Below, one piece after another: positions 18,859-19,206 of a DNA stretch of 19,206 nucleotides. The DNA is taken from NCBI GenBank assembly GCA_027021705.1, contig JALUTT010000009.1, positions 1 to 19,206 on the forward strand. Reading direction: 5' to 3'. The first letter of the stretch is position 1; the number at the start of each line of letters is the position of its first letter. The notes beneath the pieces were generated by a model, which saw nothing but the letters and a program-made list of their open reading frames with translations, ran no database searches and had not been told where the DNA came from. The translations under genes were made by a program, and so were the position numbers. Origin of the DNA: Anaerolineae bacterium (lineage in GTDB: Bacteria > Chloroflexota > Anaerolineae > S140-20).

Positions 18859-19206
18859 TACGCAGCACATGAGTTAACATTCTATCCAACCTCGACCTGC
18901 TTGCATGCCGTGGTACGCAGCCAGCTTATTCCATCCAACCGAATCGCGATCAAACGTCGTGGCTGCTAATACCTGGCAAGGAATCCAATTGTCCTTCTAT
19001 TTTGGACTTTTGACAACAAGAGACAATAAGGCCCCACCCCCGGTTTGCGGGCCGGGGTGATGAAGCACCTTCATAACACACAACCGAGCCGAGAAGGCCC
19101 CTTCAGGCCACTTTTCGGGACTTGAGGACCACTTTTCGCCGTAGACGCGGCTTCCGTTGGACGCCTTCCTGCCGGCCGGGGGATTTACCCCGCCGTTTGG
19201 GCATCC

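Noticed and set aside
18049..18889. ORFs 18049-18444, 18201-18578, 18357-18593 and 18497-18889
   Set aside because: They are translations of repeats or the MITE (TKDTK low complexity) with no recognisable domain.
19031..19206. Hairpins and repeated CCACTTTTCG at the right edge (possible IS end or CRISPR leader)
   Set aside because: Truncated by the window, with nothing diagnostic to support a call.

Overview
High-GC chromosomal window. The gene set and the 'YFPETGH' repeat protein suggest Chloroflexota, probably Anaerolineae (inference). Gene order: 5' end of recA (minus strand, with a sigma70 promoter overlapped by a Gram-positive-type SOS box), trmFO, an M28/glutaminyl-cyclase-like lipoprotein, a soluble histidine kinase, dapL-like aminotransferase, M42 aminopeptidase, an F1-only atp cluster (atpA-atpG-atpD-[frameshifted BrnT-like toxin + Zn-finger antitoxin]-atpC), mreB, rex (minus), a secreted repeat protein, a CoA-disulfide reductase/NADH oxidase and thiD (minus). 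The last ~1.2 kb is non-coding and holds a 135-bp tandem repeat, REP-like palindromes and a 160-bp MITE-like element with an exact 8-bp target duplication. Most interesting: four dispersed palindromic intergenic elements sharing a CCTCCCGCAGGT stem around different interiors; the TA module inside an atp operon lacking F0/delta genes; the MITE; four 11-bp-phased TTAACA-like boxes ahead of a ~290-nt structured non-coding tract; and a possible glutaminyl-cyclase 'Q-rule' system. All calls come from reading the sequence by eye; no database searches were run.
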